Position numbers and translations under genes: made by a program
Shown: positions 13,101 through 26,869 of the stretch, in pieces
Layout: every line of letters starts with the position of its first letter
Position numbering within the stretch: the stretch's first letter is position 1
From: Callorhinchus milii
Taxonomy: Eukaryota
Reading direction: 5' to 3'
Assembly: GCF_018977255.1 (NCBI RefSeq)
Contig: NW_024704742.1
Location: forward strand, 50,842,001 to 50,906,000
Length of the DNA: 64,000 nt
Notes under the pieces: generated by a model
The model's input: only the letters and a program-made list of their open reading frames with translations
Told to the model about the DNA's origin: nothing
Databases searched by the model: none

Positions 13101-14229
13101 AATCCATTCACTCCCTGGAACCTCCCTCCCTCTCCGACCTCCTCACTCCCCAATCCATCACCTGGAACCTCCGCTCAACTGGCACCACTCAACACTACCC
13201 TGTGTAGAGCGCGCTATATAAGTGCAAGTTGTTGTATTAAGAGAATTATTGTTTCAGATTTTAGCAATTTGTGCCACAGTCTACATTTATTAATACAAGA
13301 TATCATAAGAAATAGATTGGTGCAGATGGAGTGTTAATTTAAGACTTTTTTATTACCAAATTGTTTGCTATCAGTTTTGGCCCACATTCATGTTAATTAT
13401 TTTATCGACTGTTCACTTGAGTTATAGAATGTTGTATTTGGGGATTTGAAGAATGTTTTCTAGATTAAAAATGAGAAAGAGACCAATTGAATGCAAAGTA
13501 AGTCCAGGTGATACATAATCTTTCAGATCACTAATGTTAGTTGTGATATCGAGATTTGCCAAACTGATGCACTTAATAACAAAGTTGAGTGTTTTACATG
13601 AATACTGTACTGAAAAATCCAAAACGACACACATGGTCGATTAAAATTAACTGAATGGGGTCAGCCCAGGAGAATAACGATATAGTAAGAACAACAATTT
13701 GTGTTTATATAGTGCCCTTCACACCAGACAGCATTCCAGAGCGCTCATAACAACCACTCACATTCTAACGCACCTTTCACTCATAAAAAAGCACTTGACA
13801 AATATTGAGCTGGCCATTGAGCAGGGAGTCAAAAAAGGCCCAGTCAAAGAGATATGTTATTGGGAGGTTGTTGAAACTAGGGAGAGGTACCACAGTAAGA
13901 TACCATAGTAAAATCCTTTCAACTAAAGGTCATCGACCTGAAACGTTAACTGATTTTCCTCTCTCAATAGATGCTGCATGTTCTGTTTTTGTTTTCTTTT
14001 AAGGAGTTGAAACAGAACATAGTTTTTGTGTCATCCTATAAGATCTTATTGTAGGGGTTGGAAAAAAATGATTGTTAGAAATTCTGATGGTTTGTTATGT
14101 GTCCTGAATAAAATTGTATTTTCTGGACTGTTTTTTATCCTTTTTTTTAATCCTTTTTTATTACTTTTTGAGTGCTTTACATGGAAGTTACTACATTAGC
14201 TTCCCAATCTTATAATCATCCTATTAGTG

Positions 14230-14271
14230 AAGTCAAAGGTAATGTTATCACTGGTGATAATCAGCTGATTA
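14230..14271. promoter_or_regulatory. Candidate photoreceptor enhancer
   Basis: Perfect palindrome TAATCAGCTGATTA at 14258-14271; AAGTCA-a-AGGTAA DR1-like nuclear receptor site near 14230. Confidence 0.3.
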
Positions 14272-15721
14272 GCTCAAAACTTCATTCTTCAGATTTATTA
14301 TTTAATAATAATGAATATTATCATTATTTCATACTGATGTTTTAAATACATAATTCCAATGAACACTAATAATCATTTTGTTTCAACGGCTACAATCATT
14401 TTTTTCCATTGTAACCACTCAGGAAGTACACTGTTAGTTCTGTTCATTTTTGGAATAATAGTGAGTGGCCAATTAAACAAATGGCCAATTTCTCCTCGGA
14501 AGTGTTCCTGTTATAAGACACTTCACACTCAACACCAAAGTGAAGTTGAGAAGTCAACGGGTGATGGTAGCATTGGTGTCGAGTGTGACGGGTCTGATGT
14601 CAGGAACTCTTGCTTGAGTTAAAAGACTGGGTGCCCCTTATTTGAATTCTGAAAAATTGTCTTTTTTTATATAATACCAATGATGTCAAGAATGTCCCAG
14701 TGCATTTCACATAGTTCCAGTAAAGGGTAATGTCTGTATTTGTAGATGTAAATTCTTATCACACTTGTCTATGCCAATTTTTTTTACTCATTTTACTTTT
14801 GCTTCATAACTATTTTGTGCTCAATGTACTCAAAATGTTGATATGAGTTATTCCCACATGTATTGCTTTACCAGCCTATTACATTAAAGCACTTGTCAGA
14901 TTCTTGTCAAATACCTAATTCCTGCCAAATAAGTTGTTTAATGTCCCAACACTTTAAGACTATTGGAAGGAGCAATAACTATAGTGTGACCATATGTACC
15001 ACATATAAAAAATGCAAAATCCTACTCTAAACAAGTAACCAAATGATTGCTGGTGTCAGTGATTGGGCATATATTAACATTTAATCTTCCTTTTTATTTT
15101 CGAACAAAATTGAGCTGCTGTTATTATGGTATGCTTTAGTTGACCATGGGTGTTGCGTCATTTTTGTACTTATTAAAAGCAATTACATGTTTCCAATTTA
15201 CTAACTACTCTATTGCTAACAAGATCTTCAATGAGGTGGCATTCTGTTAAGTATTAAAGCTTTGGTGATCATTTCTAAATGTATAGTAGTTTAATGTTTT
15301 TCAGACACACTTATCTGTCATTTCTCCCTTGTCTGGCAGTTAGAGTGTACCACTAATCATACAAAGAGTAATATTTATTGGCTTGCACAATGACAAAATG
15401 CAAATGAATATAACGTTCACTAACTTACTGTAAGAATCAAGTACTCCCTGGCACAGTAGTTTCAATGCCAATGCTGAATATATAAATTTGTACATATCAA
15501 TTGAGAATAAAAAGAAGCTATTGTGACCTCTTCAAGAAGATGTCAATTACATATCCACAGCACATCTAACACACCCGACACTTGGCATCATCCTTCTATG
15601 GTATGATCCTTCTAATCTTCATACTGAGACTGAGGTCATTCCAATGATGGCCTCATTTGGATAACTAACTCATTTGCACACGTGCAACTAATGCAACGTG
15701 ACAATAAGAAGTCAGACTTAC

Positions 15722-15960
15722 TCCTCTGAATGTTTAAGCATCTTGTGGCTGCCGTGTTCCTGCAAATCATTAATATCACACGTTGCACAGTGTGGTTATA
15801 TTCTTTGCAATTACACCAAGTCTGCGCCTGGAAGTGCTGAGAATTAGTTAGCAGCGATCTTTTATCCAGAAGCTGAAAGTCGGAGTACGATTTCAGGAAT
15901 ATTTACAATTTAGTAATCCTATTAAACCTCTGAGACTTCTTAATCTGGTATAATCAGCTG
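15722..15960 (-). promoter_or_regulatory. Candidate CNGA1 promoter and non-coding first exon
   Basis: Minus-strand GTAAGT donor at 15721-15716; TATA-like GATAAAA near 15860-15866; CRX/OTX-type sites TAATCC 15914, TAATCT 15941, TAATCA 15951; Maf half-site TGCTGA 15835; no recognisable repeat here. Confidence 0.45.
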
Positions 15961-17003
15961 GACGCGAAAAGTGATATTTTTATGAGTTCTGCCTCCTTCA
16001 GGAAAGGTACCTAATAAAAACTTGAGCAGTGAAAACATTCACACTGTTGCCACAAACCCTCAATGTTAGAAACATACTATGTTCCTCAGATGTTCATAGA
16101 GTGGCAACGATAGAGGAAGCAGAATCACCTCAAATATTTAAATCAACACTACTATTTGATAATATTGATTTATATTTTCATGTCGGTTTTACAAGATCTA
16201 TTTAATTACAAAAGTAACATTTTAGCATAAATCTGTTTTGAAAATCTAACAGTAGTAGAAAAAGCCCTTGAAGGATATAAGAAAGCAACTATGTTACACA
16301 TTTTCACTGGTCCTTATACTGGGATGGAAAATCAGAAAGGTTCAACTATGATTTTACACCACGAAACATGGCAATCGAGGAAACGACTATCCATTCAAAA
16401 GTGAAAAATGACTTCTAGATGATATGTAAAGAAAAAGTCAAATTTGATTAAACAAAATAAATTTTAAATTTTGTTCAGTCCTATAATGTGATCGGTGTTT
16501 TTCTTTTTCAATACCTTTGGTAAGATATTGGTCCAAATTGCCTACAAAATATATAGTCACCACGTGTTACATTATATCCTGTGAAGCACTTTCAAATGTC
16601 CTGACTTGAAAGGTGATAAATAAAATTTAGAGGCCATTATTACTATTTTCTTATTGTTATTATTATTGTTGTTATTATTATCTCTTCTTATTCCCTTTCT
16701 GAATCCCAACCATCTGGACTTGGGATCAGAGGGTTGGGTTTAATAGGTTTGGTTTCTGGAGGATCCATTGAAGATTATAGATCAGTTTTAAAAAGATTTC
16801 AGTCTAAAATAAAATCTATCCTTCTTTGAGGAGGTAAGCAGGGTCTCCCTTTGGCTGAATTGATTCCAAGGAGACATTGCCTGGGAAAGCCAAGTAGATC
16901 TTGGTAATCCAAGGTATGGCTCATTACTCTCTGGCTCATCAGTATGATTTAGTCATGTAGACATGCATGTAACCCTATGTGGGTTTGAGGCACACATTGG
17001 CTG

Positions 17004-17092
17004 TTGTCCAGCTAGGACTACCCTAGTCATTAGGACTTTGACTGGCAGTAATAGTCAAAGTTCTATTGGGTAGGACAGTCCTAGCTGGACAA
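17004..17092. repeat. 89-nt hairpin-forming inverted repeat
   Basis: Outer arms ttgtccagctaggact/agtcctagctggacaa (16 bp, perfect); inner stem taggactttgact/agtcaaagttcta. Confidence 0.8.
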
Positions 17093-18799
17093 GCACCATA
17101 CATACTATTCATCAACCCATGTACACTCTCCACTCAATACTATGCTCTTGTTTACTCTTGTAGCCACCCCATCTTTCCTCTGGATCTACTCTCCTTATCC
17201 TAGCTCTGAAACATGTTCTCTTTTGTTGCACAGAAAGCTCCTCATATTCCTGTTGTCTCTTTATTCTTTTTCAGATCTTCTTTTCCTTGGATAGACCTCC
17301 AGCAGCAGGTCTGGTCAGCTCTTTGTAAGGCTCTTTCCTTTTTGTTTCCACTGCCTCTAGTGGATCATTGGCTCCATGGTCTTCCTGTCATAAGTTTTTT
17401 TTAGCTTTTATCCACTGCCATTTAGCAATTAGTTATCCAGTCAAGACCACTCTTCCACTGAGGTCTTAGGCATTCAGCTCTACACTTCCAAGTCTCTTTG
17501 ATTAGCTGGTCAACCATCAACAGTGCCTGGACTGCTGTTTATTTCTAATGTTTCTTCAGAGCCAATTTAACTCCTCGGTGATCCTGCCTCACTAAAGAGT
17601 TTATTCCCATCATTTTAAGAAAATGATCTGAACTTCTCTTGTATCCTGACCAACGATCTCCCAGATAAAATTGGCGATTCGCCTCATGGTTGTCTGTGGG
17701 ACATGGATGTGCACAAATACACAGTCACTACACTTTATAGTAAAATCCTGTGAAACACTTTGTGATGTCCTCCCAACTTGAAAGGTGCTATATAATACAA
17801 GGATTATTATTATTATTACTACCCAGCAACCATCCTACCACTGTTCTTCAACAGTAAACAAACTACAGTAAAGATAGACTGCACAAAATTTACAATAAAA
17901 GTGCCTTTTATTTTGCTTTAGAATTTTAAGAATGTTTTATCACATCAGAATATCCCCAAGCACTGCACAGGTAATTACTCTCAAGTGCATGGTCTTGCAG
18001 GCAGACACAGCAGCATGTGAAAGGTCCAACAAACGGATTAATGTGGAGGATTGCTGGCCAATACACACTTGGAGAAATTCTAATCTTTTTCAACAATAAC
18101 ATGGCATCTTTAACATCCACCTGAACAGGCAGATGGAATCTCAGATCAATGCATCATCTGAAAGATAATACTTCCAACATTACTCCCTCCACATCTTATA
18201 CTGCCCCAGACTATGAACTGCCAATATGTGTCTCAAACCCACAATCTTCTGACCCAAAAGCGAGCATAGTAGAAACTGAACCAAGCTGAGAATTACTTTA
18301 CAATATTTTAGTTTGTCTTGTATAATTTAAAAAAAAACTGCTACTGGTTCAATGCTGCCACCGATTGAATTACAAAGTTAACTACATGATTTAGTTTACA
18401 AAAGCACTGTATAGTGGTGCAAATCAAAATGTACAGGATAACCTTAATCCCTCCTGCAGGATTGTCTGCCTGTTATTGTCTCTCTGTTTGACCCTGAGAC
18501 ATTCTGAAATATGAGATAAATAACCAAAGTTTCACAATAAAACTTAATAACCAAGATCTATAACTTCTGAGTTTGTAACTTGTCTAAAACATAACACGTC
18601 ATTCTGGAATAATCATAAAAAACAAGATCATAAGGTAACTGACAGGTGCACTTTGTTGAATAAATACCAAGGCCACAGAGCACATCCAAATATCACATCC
18701 AACATGATTCATAACAATGTTGTAAAACACTAAAACAGATTACATTAAGATTTACATGTTTCTGGGGAGTTTCTGGAAGGGGGGACATAAAACTTACCA

Positions 18800-19055
18800 C
18801 AGTCGAAACAACCTCTTGATGTAAGATACCACACACAGATCCTGGGTACCCAAAACTATCCACATTTATGTCAGCTACAAATGAGATTGTCAATGCAACT
18901 TCAGGCAACTAGGGCAAAATTCCTCAGCCAAGCTGGAGCTGAAACTTGCCACATTATTAGAATAACGGGACACAAAGATGAAGCAACTGTAGCTACGCCA
19001 ACGGAATAACACATCTACAGAACAGTAACCTCAGCAGCATCCTCTCCAGTCTACG
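18800..19055 (+). mobile_element. Decayed Crypton-like tyrosine recombinase fragment
   Basis: Frameshifted peptides GYPKLSTFMS, LQATRAKFLSQAGAETCHIIRITGHKDEAT (18899-18988) and SYANGITHLQNSNLSSILS follow the Crypton YR C-terminal pattern LRAT...TGHK...Y...S.IL. Confidence 0.6.
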
Positions 19056-20591
19056 CCTGTGAACCAGTTACAACCACCTCAGCTGAACATCATAGCCTGC
19101 CCACTAATTATAATACTAATCATCACAACATAATCTCCTCCCTTGCACTAGCTTCACCAATCCCACTGTCGACGAGACTTTTAGTTTACAAATAAATGGA
19201 TAGAAACATAAATCATATCAAAGAAATGGTAGAAACGTTACAGCTAAATATCACCAGAACAACTAATAGTAAATGGTGGTAGGCCACTAAATATTTCACA
19301 GAGTGATGCTGGAAAGATGTATTTGTGCTTTATAGGATTCCTGGCTCCACATACAAAATCAGCCTGTAATATCCTAATGTTCACAATTAGACGCTATTAA
19401 ACACTGGAGATGCTCTTTCTCTGAGCGAGCAGAGCTCATATTATGGAAGTTCAGGTTCAAATATTTTAGCAGATGTAATTTATCATTCTAGATCTTATTA
19501 CTAAGAATGCTAAAGATGAAATAAAGATTGGATATAAGTGAACTTCTCAGAGTAAAACTTTTACTTCCCATAATATTACAATTAAATCAGTTATGATTTA
19601 TCTCTTTCAAACGCAGGGAAACTAATATGTAGTTGTTCAGTCCTTGCTTTGCTTATTCAGAACAGCTGTTTATATTGCTTCCAAAAAAAGTTAAACTGTA
19701 ATTATGTATTGAAAATTAGCAATTGTACTAAGTATGGCAAGTCTAACTGTCTAAAACATGTACCACTTGTCATGACAAACCTCTTTATGTTTTTAAAACA
19801 ACCATTGCTCGATATTTCTGGGCATTATTAACAATTTTAATCGGTATTTTAACAAAAACATATAAATGTAGCTGAGCGACTATAATAAATTGATTTTTAA
19901 ATGTTCATTTTACAAATAATAACCATTCATCTGTGGTCTAGAGTTTTAAAAATTAATAGCAGAATAAAATCAGTGCTAAAGTGTAGTCAGGTTGGAAGTT
20001 TGGTGTCCATGACAACCACTAAAACTTAAACCCTTACAGCTAAGTAGCAGAAAAATACGTGGACCAGAAATCTTCTCCCTCACAAGGCAACTTAACTGTT
20101 ACACAGTGGCCTCTTAAAAGTTTTCGATTCTTTTACACAGCACCTTTGTTACTTTGCCACTACACCCCAAAGCTTTGGAACCCTCTCCCTCAATCCCTCC
20201 TTCCTATCTTTTAGATCACGATTGAAGATCTTCCTCTTCAACCGTGCTTACGGTCACTTCCTCCCTACCCCTGGCATGAGTCGGGCTTCTCCACTGTTAA
20301 TCGTTCTGAGATGCAACCCCACATGAAGGACGCTATATAAATGCAAGTTATTGTTGTTTGCTCAATTTAAGGGATCGTTCAGCTTGGGGTAGCTTAAATT
20401 CGCTACTGCATTCGCCTACAAAAAATAATCACCACACACTTGTCGTCTGTGAAGCACTTTGGGTCATTTCAATTTGACATAAAATTACAAAGTTCTTTCT
20501 TTAATGAGTTCAAAATAAAGAGGGTGAAATACACTTTGGAAATGTGATCTGACAGGAGGAAACATTTTGTTTCACCAAGGCTGAAGATTTC

Positions 20592-20780
20592 ATTATATTT
20601 ATATTATATATAATATTATATATATATATATATATTATATATATATATATATTATATTTATATTATTTATATTATATATAAGATTTATATTATTATATTA
20701 TTATTTATATTATATATAAGATTTCATTATATTTATATTATATTATATTTATTATATTATTATTATATTATATTATATTT
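20592..20780. repeat. AT-rich low-complexity microsatellite
   Basis: Degenerate (TA)n/(ATT)n tract. Confidence 0.95.
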
Positions 20781-23700
20781 CATGTTGTTTTTTAAGAAAA
20801 GTATATTTTTCCAAATGAGGCGACATTAATTAATGTATTTTACTCAAACTAGCAGGCTGCATAGACAACAGTACCAAAAATATCCCCAGAGACTTTATTC
20901 TGCCACAAAGAAAGATGAGATACTACAACATAATAATCCATGCATTTGATATATCACCTAAACGTCAAAATGTCTTTAAGCCTTACATTCTGTAAAGGGT
21001 AGTGTCTGTATTTGTAAACAAACACTGCTACCAATTTTGTACACAGTGAGCTCTCACAAACAGCCATGAAGTGAATGACCAATTTATCTAGAAGATTGTA
21101 GGCTAGGAGATTGAAAAAAACTTCCTTCTCTTTTTGCATAATGGCATGAAATTTTTTTACAGCCACCTGAACAGGGAGAGAGGACCTCAGTTTAACATCT
21201 CACGTAAAGGATACCAATGGATACATGCATGTCATCTTTGTTAGATTTAGCTCCTGTCAATCATGACATTTAAATAAAGAGATGGTATGGCTCACTGAAA
21301 TTTATAATCTCACAAAAAATAGCCAACCGCAAAGCTAATCCCACTGTTGTACATCACGGCTGAACATACAACATAATTCTACTCTCATGAACTCGCTCAG
21401 ATGTGTGGTGGCTGTGACAAGGAGTGCATCTCAGATTCAAATTTGAAACATAGATTTAATTCTTTACCCATTTTTTCCCCAAACCTGCAGACACACCGTT
21501 ATCACATTTCACGTGCAGATGTTAGTTACACAGCCACTGAATTAGGTAACCTTGAGCAATGGGGAATGTTGCACAGTGTTCTTTTACTAGGCCAGATTTA
21601 ATCTAATATGAAAATACTGCTTTGTCAGCTTTCTGTAATCTTTTAAAATCCTATTAGAACTAGCCCTATCTGTAAGCTCTAATCAGTGAAAATAGATTCA
21701 ATGCAAGTTCACTATCCCTTTTGAAACCGTATATCTATGGTCACCTTCTATAACTCCTGAACTTTATTCCTATCGGTCCATATTGTCATTGTAATATTTT
21801 ATTAAACCATTTGCAATATAATAGTTGAATCAGATTGTATTTTATTGTCTGAACTTGAAGCTGAAGCAGAAAGCATCAATGTATTTAAGAAAAAGTTGAA
21901 GCGTACACGAAGGACGATGACAACAGCAACTTACACTTATAAAGCACACTTCACGTAGGATAGCACCTCGGAGCATGAGGGAGAATGGAATAGAGAGGTA
22001 TGGAGAAGGGGTTAGGAGTGGTAAAAGATAAACATCAGCGCAGACTAGTTGGGCTAAATGTACTATTTCTGTGCTGTAATGTTCTATATAATTCTATTAA
22101 GAGGGTAGAGTCCATGATAGGGTGGGTTTTGTGCAAGTCCTGTGGGTCAATCTAATGGATCAATGGCTTTTACTTGTTTGATGCATTCTTATAATCCATG
22201 TTAAATTCTAACAGCTTACCCACTGCTGGAAACGATACACCTCTAGTGCAATGACAGATGAATTTTAACGCCCTTAATTTAGTGAGTCCAGTTAATGGAG
22301 ACTTCAGGTTATATAGAATTACATAAAGCTCTCTGAGACGCTACCCTGTGTGGAGGGTGCTATAAAAGTACAAGTTGTTGTTGTTGTAGACCACTCAACT
22401 TGCAAACGAGAGGACCTGGGTTCGATTCCCAGCAGGGCGAAATGTTGGGCATGTTTCCTTACTCCGCACGCCTCTGTTTACCCAGCAGTAAGTAGGAACC
22501 CAGTTGTTAATCGATTGGCAGTATCGTTTTTTGCTGTGCTCAATTGGCTGCCAGGTTTCGCCCACAGAACACACAGTCAATTCACTTTACAGTATATTCT
22601 GTGAAGCGCTTTGAGATGTCTACAAGACGTGGGATAAGGCGCTATATCAAATGCAAGGATTATTATTTTTATAGATAATTCTGTGACAGTCTCGCTACAC
22701 CCTACCTCTGTGACATCCTCAAACCCAAGTGACCTGGCTGCTTTCTTTGCTCAGCGGCCTGCTTCAGATATGAACATCTTATACACAAGACTGAAATGAA
22801 TCTTGGCACAGCAGGGACCACTTTGGTATGAGTTAATGCCAAAGCTAGCATTAAGTCTGGCACACTATCCTTGATGAAACACAGTGAGTAGATTTCTATT
22901 ACCAGCATATTGCGAGAAACTGTAATTCTGCTTATTTTAATTTAAATTTAAAAAATTTCCAGCTCTATAAGTTTGCCTTCACATGACTCACGTGCAATAA
23001 TTCACAACACAAGCATATCTGCATTATATTATGTATCAAACAACCACAAATGGATAAGCTTCATCTGATTGTTTAACATATTTTTAAAAATGTTTCCAAA
23101 ATGTTATTACTATGTTGAGCTTAATAAACCCCAGAACTATTTAATTGATTGGCATAATAAACCATCCATGTTTCTCTCTTGCTCCTCACTGCCAGTTAGA
23201 TAACAATCTGGATGGTTTTACAATGCTATAATACCATCATAAAATAATATTTATTATTATGACAAGGCTATAATAATCTATCATAATGCTAGGACAGTGA
23301 GTAGAGTGCAAACAGTTTAACAATGTCATTCAGTACTGAGCTGCACATTCTAATTGTTTTATTACTGATGGAAGGATAATGACATATAGTCGGCTATTAC
23401 TTGTGACATTACGAGAAGTGACTTTGCACTATATTGTAATCCTGTCATATCTCTCACTCCAACTTTTCTTCCAGAAATCTTAAGGAACTGTCTTCAAAGC
23501 TGCCATTTGCTTCAAATTAAAGGTTTCATGCAGGTTCAGTTTCTGGAGCACCCATCATCCGTCTACTCCAAAACATACCAGTTTCATAGCATCAACTGCT
23601 GTAAAGAAAATAGAACTTGCCAAAATTAGCAAGTTGGAAAACAGAGGGCATAAATTTAACATTATTAACAAAAAAAATCAAAGGGAGATGTTAGATTTCT

Positions 23701-24750
23701 TTTTAGAAAGAAGATTATTAGAACATGGATTGCCATCCCCAAAATGGGACGGTTTGAAGCAGAATCCACAGCTTTTAAAAGGGAATTAGACAATCAATTG
23801 GAAATAATATGACAAGGTCCATGAGCTTGCACAAACATGAGCAGAATAACTTCCTTCTGTGCTGCATTGTTGTATGATCCCAAGAGGGAAGCTGAAAGAA
23901 ACCTAAGGGTGGTACACTTGACTTATTGCTCACGACATTCATTTAATGCAAAAAAGCAATAAACAGGGCAAACAAGATGCCAGGCTGCATTGCCGAAAGA
24001 GTTGCTTTCAGATCTTCTTCATGATCAAACTATGCACTGCTTTAGTTAAGCTCCACCTGCAGGATTGCGCTTGCCAACATTACTTTGACAGCACTTCCCA
24101 ACCCTATGAACTCCACCATCCAGGTGAACAAGAGGAGTGCTATCATCAACAACAGTATATATATTATATATATTATATATATATGATGGGAACATCACAC
24201 TTACAAATGCCCTCCAAGTCGTTCATCACCCTTACTTATCACCGTTCTTTCATCGTTGCTGTGTCAAAACCCTGGAAACCGGGCCCCCACCCCCTTGTGG
24301 GAACATCATTGCATAAAGACTGAAACACACCACTAACTGCTTAGGGCAATAGCGATGAGCAAGAGATGGGCTGTTTGTAACAATGCTGTGTGTGATTCTA
24401 GTACCAGAGAGGGGGAGGTTCTGGAGATTTGGTTTGGCTCAGGGAGTGTCTTTACACCATTTCCCACATGAAAACTGGGGAGGGAGGAGTCTAATATTCA
24501 AAAATAACAAGTATTTACATTTGTATAGTATCTATCACATCAGTAGGACATACATAGTTGACTGGGGGCACAAGTTGGCAGGGGTTGAAGGTGACTGAAA
24601 TATAGAATAGGTTGTTTGCATAGTTAGTGGTAGAAATGACTTCATGGGATGAAACGACTTTTCTCTTGTTCTTGCCAGTGATGCTAAACAATAATCTCGA
24701 AGTTTAAAATCTGAAATGAAAGTTTGGATGAAATGTGATTGAGTTTATTT

Positions 24751-24768
24751 CACCAGCAGATGGCGCTG
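24751..24768 (+). promoter_or_regulatory. Candidate CTCF site
   Basis: CACCAGCAGATGGCGCTG closely matches the CTCF core consensus; lies between CNGA1 and NIPAL1. Confidence 0.55.
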
Positions 24769-25169
24769 GATCCTGACCTTTTCAAAGAAAAATAAACAAC
24801 ACTGTACCTATCTCTTTTTTAAAACCATTATACTATTTGATAAGAAATACAATCTATTTTTACAACAATATCCAGATAAATAAAACAAACAACATGCGAT
24901 TCAATCAATACAAGCCTTATCCTGGCACACACATCCCGTCAAAGGGCAGGTTGACACTCTTCCTGACTACTGATTAACTAGGTTTGCACCAATATCATCA
25001 AACTAATTTCACTACAGATGACACTGAACACCATTTTTTCTTTTTTTCTGGTAGATTTTGTGTGTTCTTTGGTGTTTGGCAATACTGTTCTACACAAGCT
25101 GCTAGGAAACCCTATTTCTTAGTCAGAATCTTGCCATTAATTTTCAAGCAAGTTAACCCATTTACTATA

Positions 25170-25730
25170 CAACAACCACAACAAGATGACATTTGTATAA
25201 CGCCTTTCATGTCAGGAGGACATCCCAAGGTGCTGCACAGTATACAGCATTTCAGACCCGAGCTGGGATCAGGGAGGGGAAGGGTAGGGGGGTGGCCGAT
25301 GGCATGGTCAAAGAGGAGGGTCTTGAGGTGGCACTTGAAGGAGGCTAAGGAGGGGGCGAGGCAGAGTGATTGGGGGATGGAATTCCAGAAGTTGGGGGCA
25401 GAGTGACTGAAGGCTCTCCCGCCAATGGTGGGGTGGGTGGGTCGGGGGACGTGGAGCAGGCCAGAGCCGGCTGAGCAGAAGGAACGGGCTGGTTGGTAGG
25501 GGGTTAGGAGGTCGCAGAGGTAGGGTGGGGTGATGCCATGGAGGGCATTGTAGGTGAGGACCAGGATCTTGAACTGGATCCTCTGAAGGATGGGGAGCCA
25601 ATGGAGTCAGGCAAGAATGGGGGAGATGGGGTCACAGAGTTTGGTGCGGGAGAGGACACGGGCTGCAGAGTTCTGGATTATCTGCAGCCTGTGGAGGGAG
25701 GAGTTGGGAAGGCTGACAAGCAGGGCATTG
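25170..25730 (-). mobile_element. L2 LINE 3' fragment
   Basis: L2 ORF2 C-terminal homology and TTG-rich tail. Confidence 0.88.
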
Positions 25731-25914
25731 CATTGTACGAATATTGTGTCGTCAATTAAAGCCTCACATGCAGACATTCATGCCTTCTGAAAAATCAAAT
25801 AAATTACATCTACTGGCTCATCTAATCCATTATTTGAGTGATCCCAGAAAGTAATTTAAATGATACATGTTGTTGCTGTTGATTCAGTGACTATGCTGAC
25901 TGCTGTACACACTA

Positions 25915-26640
25915 TATAAGAACATAAGAAATGCTAGTCAGAAAAAGATCAAGGTGCATCTAGTTCACCATCCACCTTCCTGGCGGTCACATGCACATAT
26001 GTCCCAAACTACCTTTGTACTATATCCCATAATGTTATTTCTTAAAAGAAAACTATCTAATCCGTGTCTGAAAGAATCAACACTTCCTGCTTCAATCATC
26101 TCCCTAGTGAGCCTGTTCCACAGGTTCACTATTTGCTCACTGAAATAGTGTTTGCATAGATTAGTTCTGAATTTAACCCCTTCAGTCGCAGGCCATGCCT
26201 CTGGTATTACTATTCTGGACAAGTTGAAACAGCCTGTCATGATCTATATTGCTTAGCCCCTTTAGAATCTTAAAGAGAGTAATCATGTCGCCTCTCAACC
26301 TTCTCTTTTCCAGCGTGAACATACCCAATTCACTTAGTCACTCCTCATAGTTCAGTCCTTCCATCCCCTCAATCATTTTGGTTGCCCTCCTCTGTATCTT
26401 CTCGATTTTTCCAATATCCTTTTTGTACTGTGGCGACCAGAACTGTACACAGTACTCTTAAGTATGTTCTCACCAATGATTTATACAGTAGCAAGATTAC
26501 CCCACTATTTCGGCTTACTATTGATCTTTTGATACATCCCAACATCTGGTTTGCTCTACTCACTGCCACAGAGAATTGTTGGGAGAGTTTCAAGTTATTG
26601 TCAATCAGAACCCCCAGATCTTTTTTATTTTCCATTAAAT
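25915..26640 (-). mobile_element. CR1 LINE 3' fragment
   Basis: Encodes KDLGVLIDNNLK...ANQMLGCIKRSI...LLYKSLVR and KHYFSEQIVNLWNRL; ttcttatgttctta-type tail. Confidence 0.88.
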
Positions 26641-26869
26641 AGAAGGTTGGAATTATCCAGAAAGAACTGTTATTGACGTGTAATCAAATAGTACTTACTT
26701 TAAAGTGCACACTACCAGTCTGGTAATTTTACTGATCAGTAGAGATTAACTCCTACTTTCCCAATGTGTTTATTCAATTTTATTTTCAGAAACATCTCAG
26801 CCTTTCATCCTCCCATTACAGCATCAAGCATTTTTTAAAAAATGAGTTCAGTGTGCTGGCCTGTTTTTT

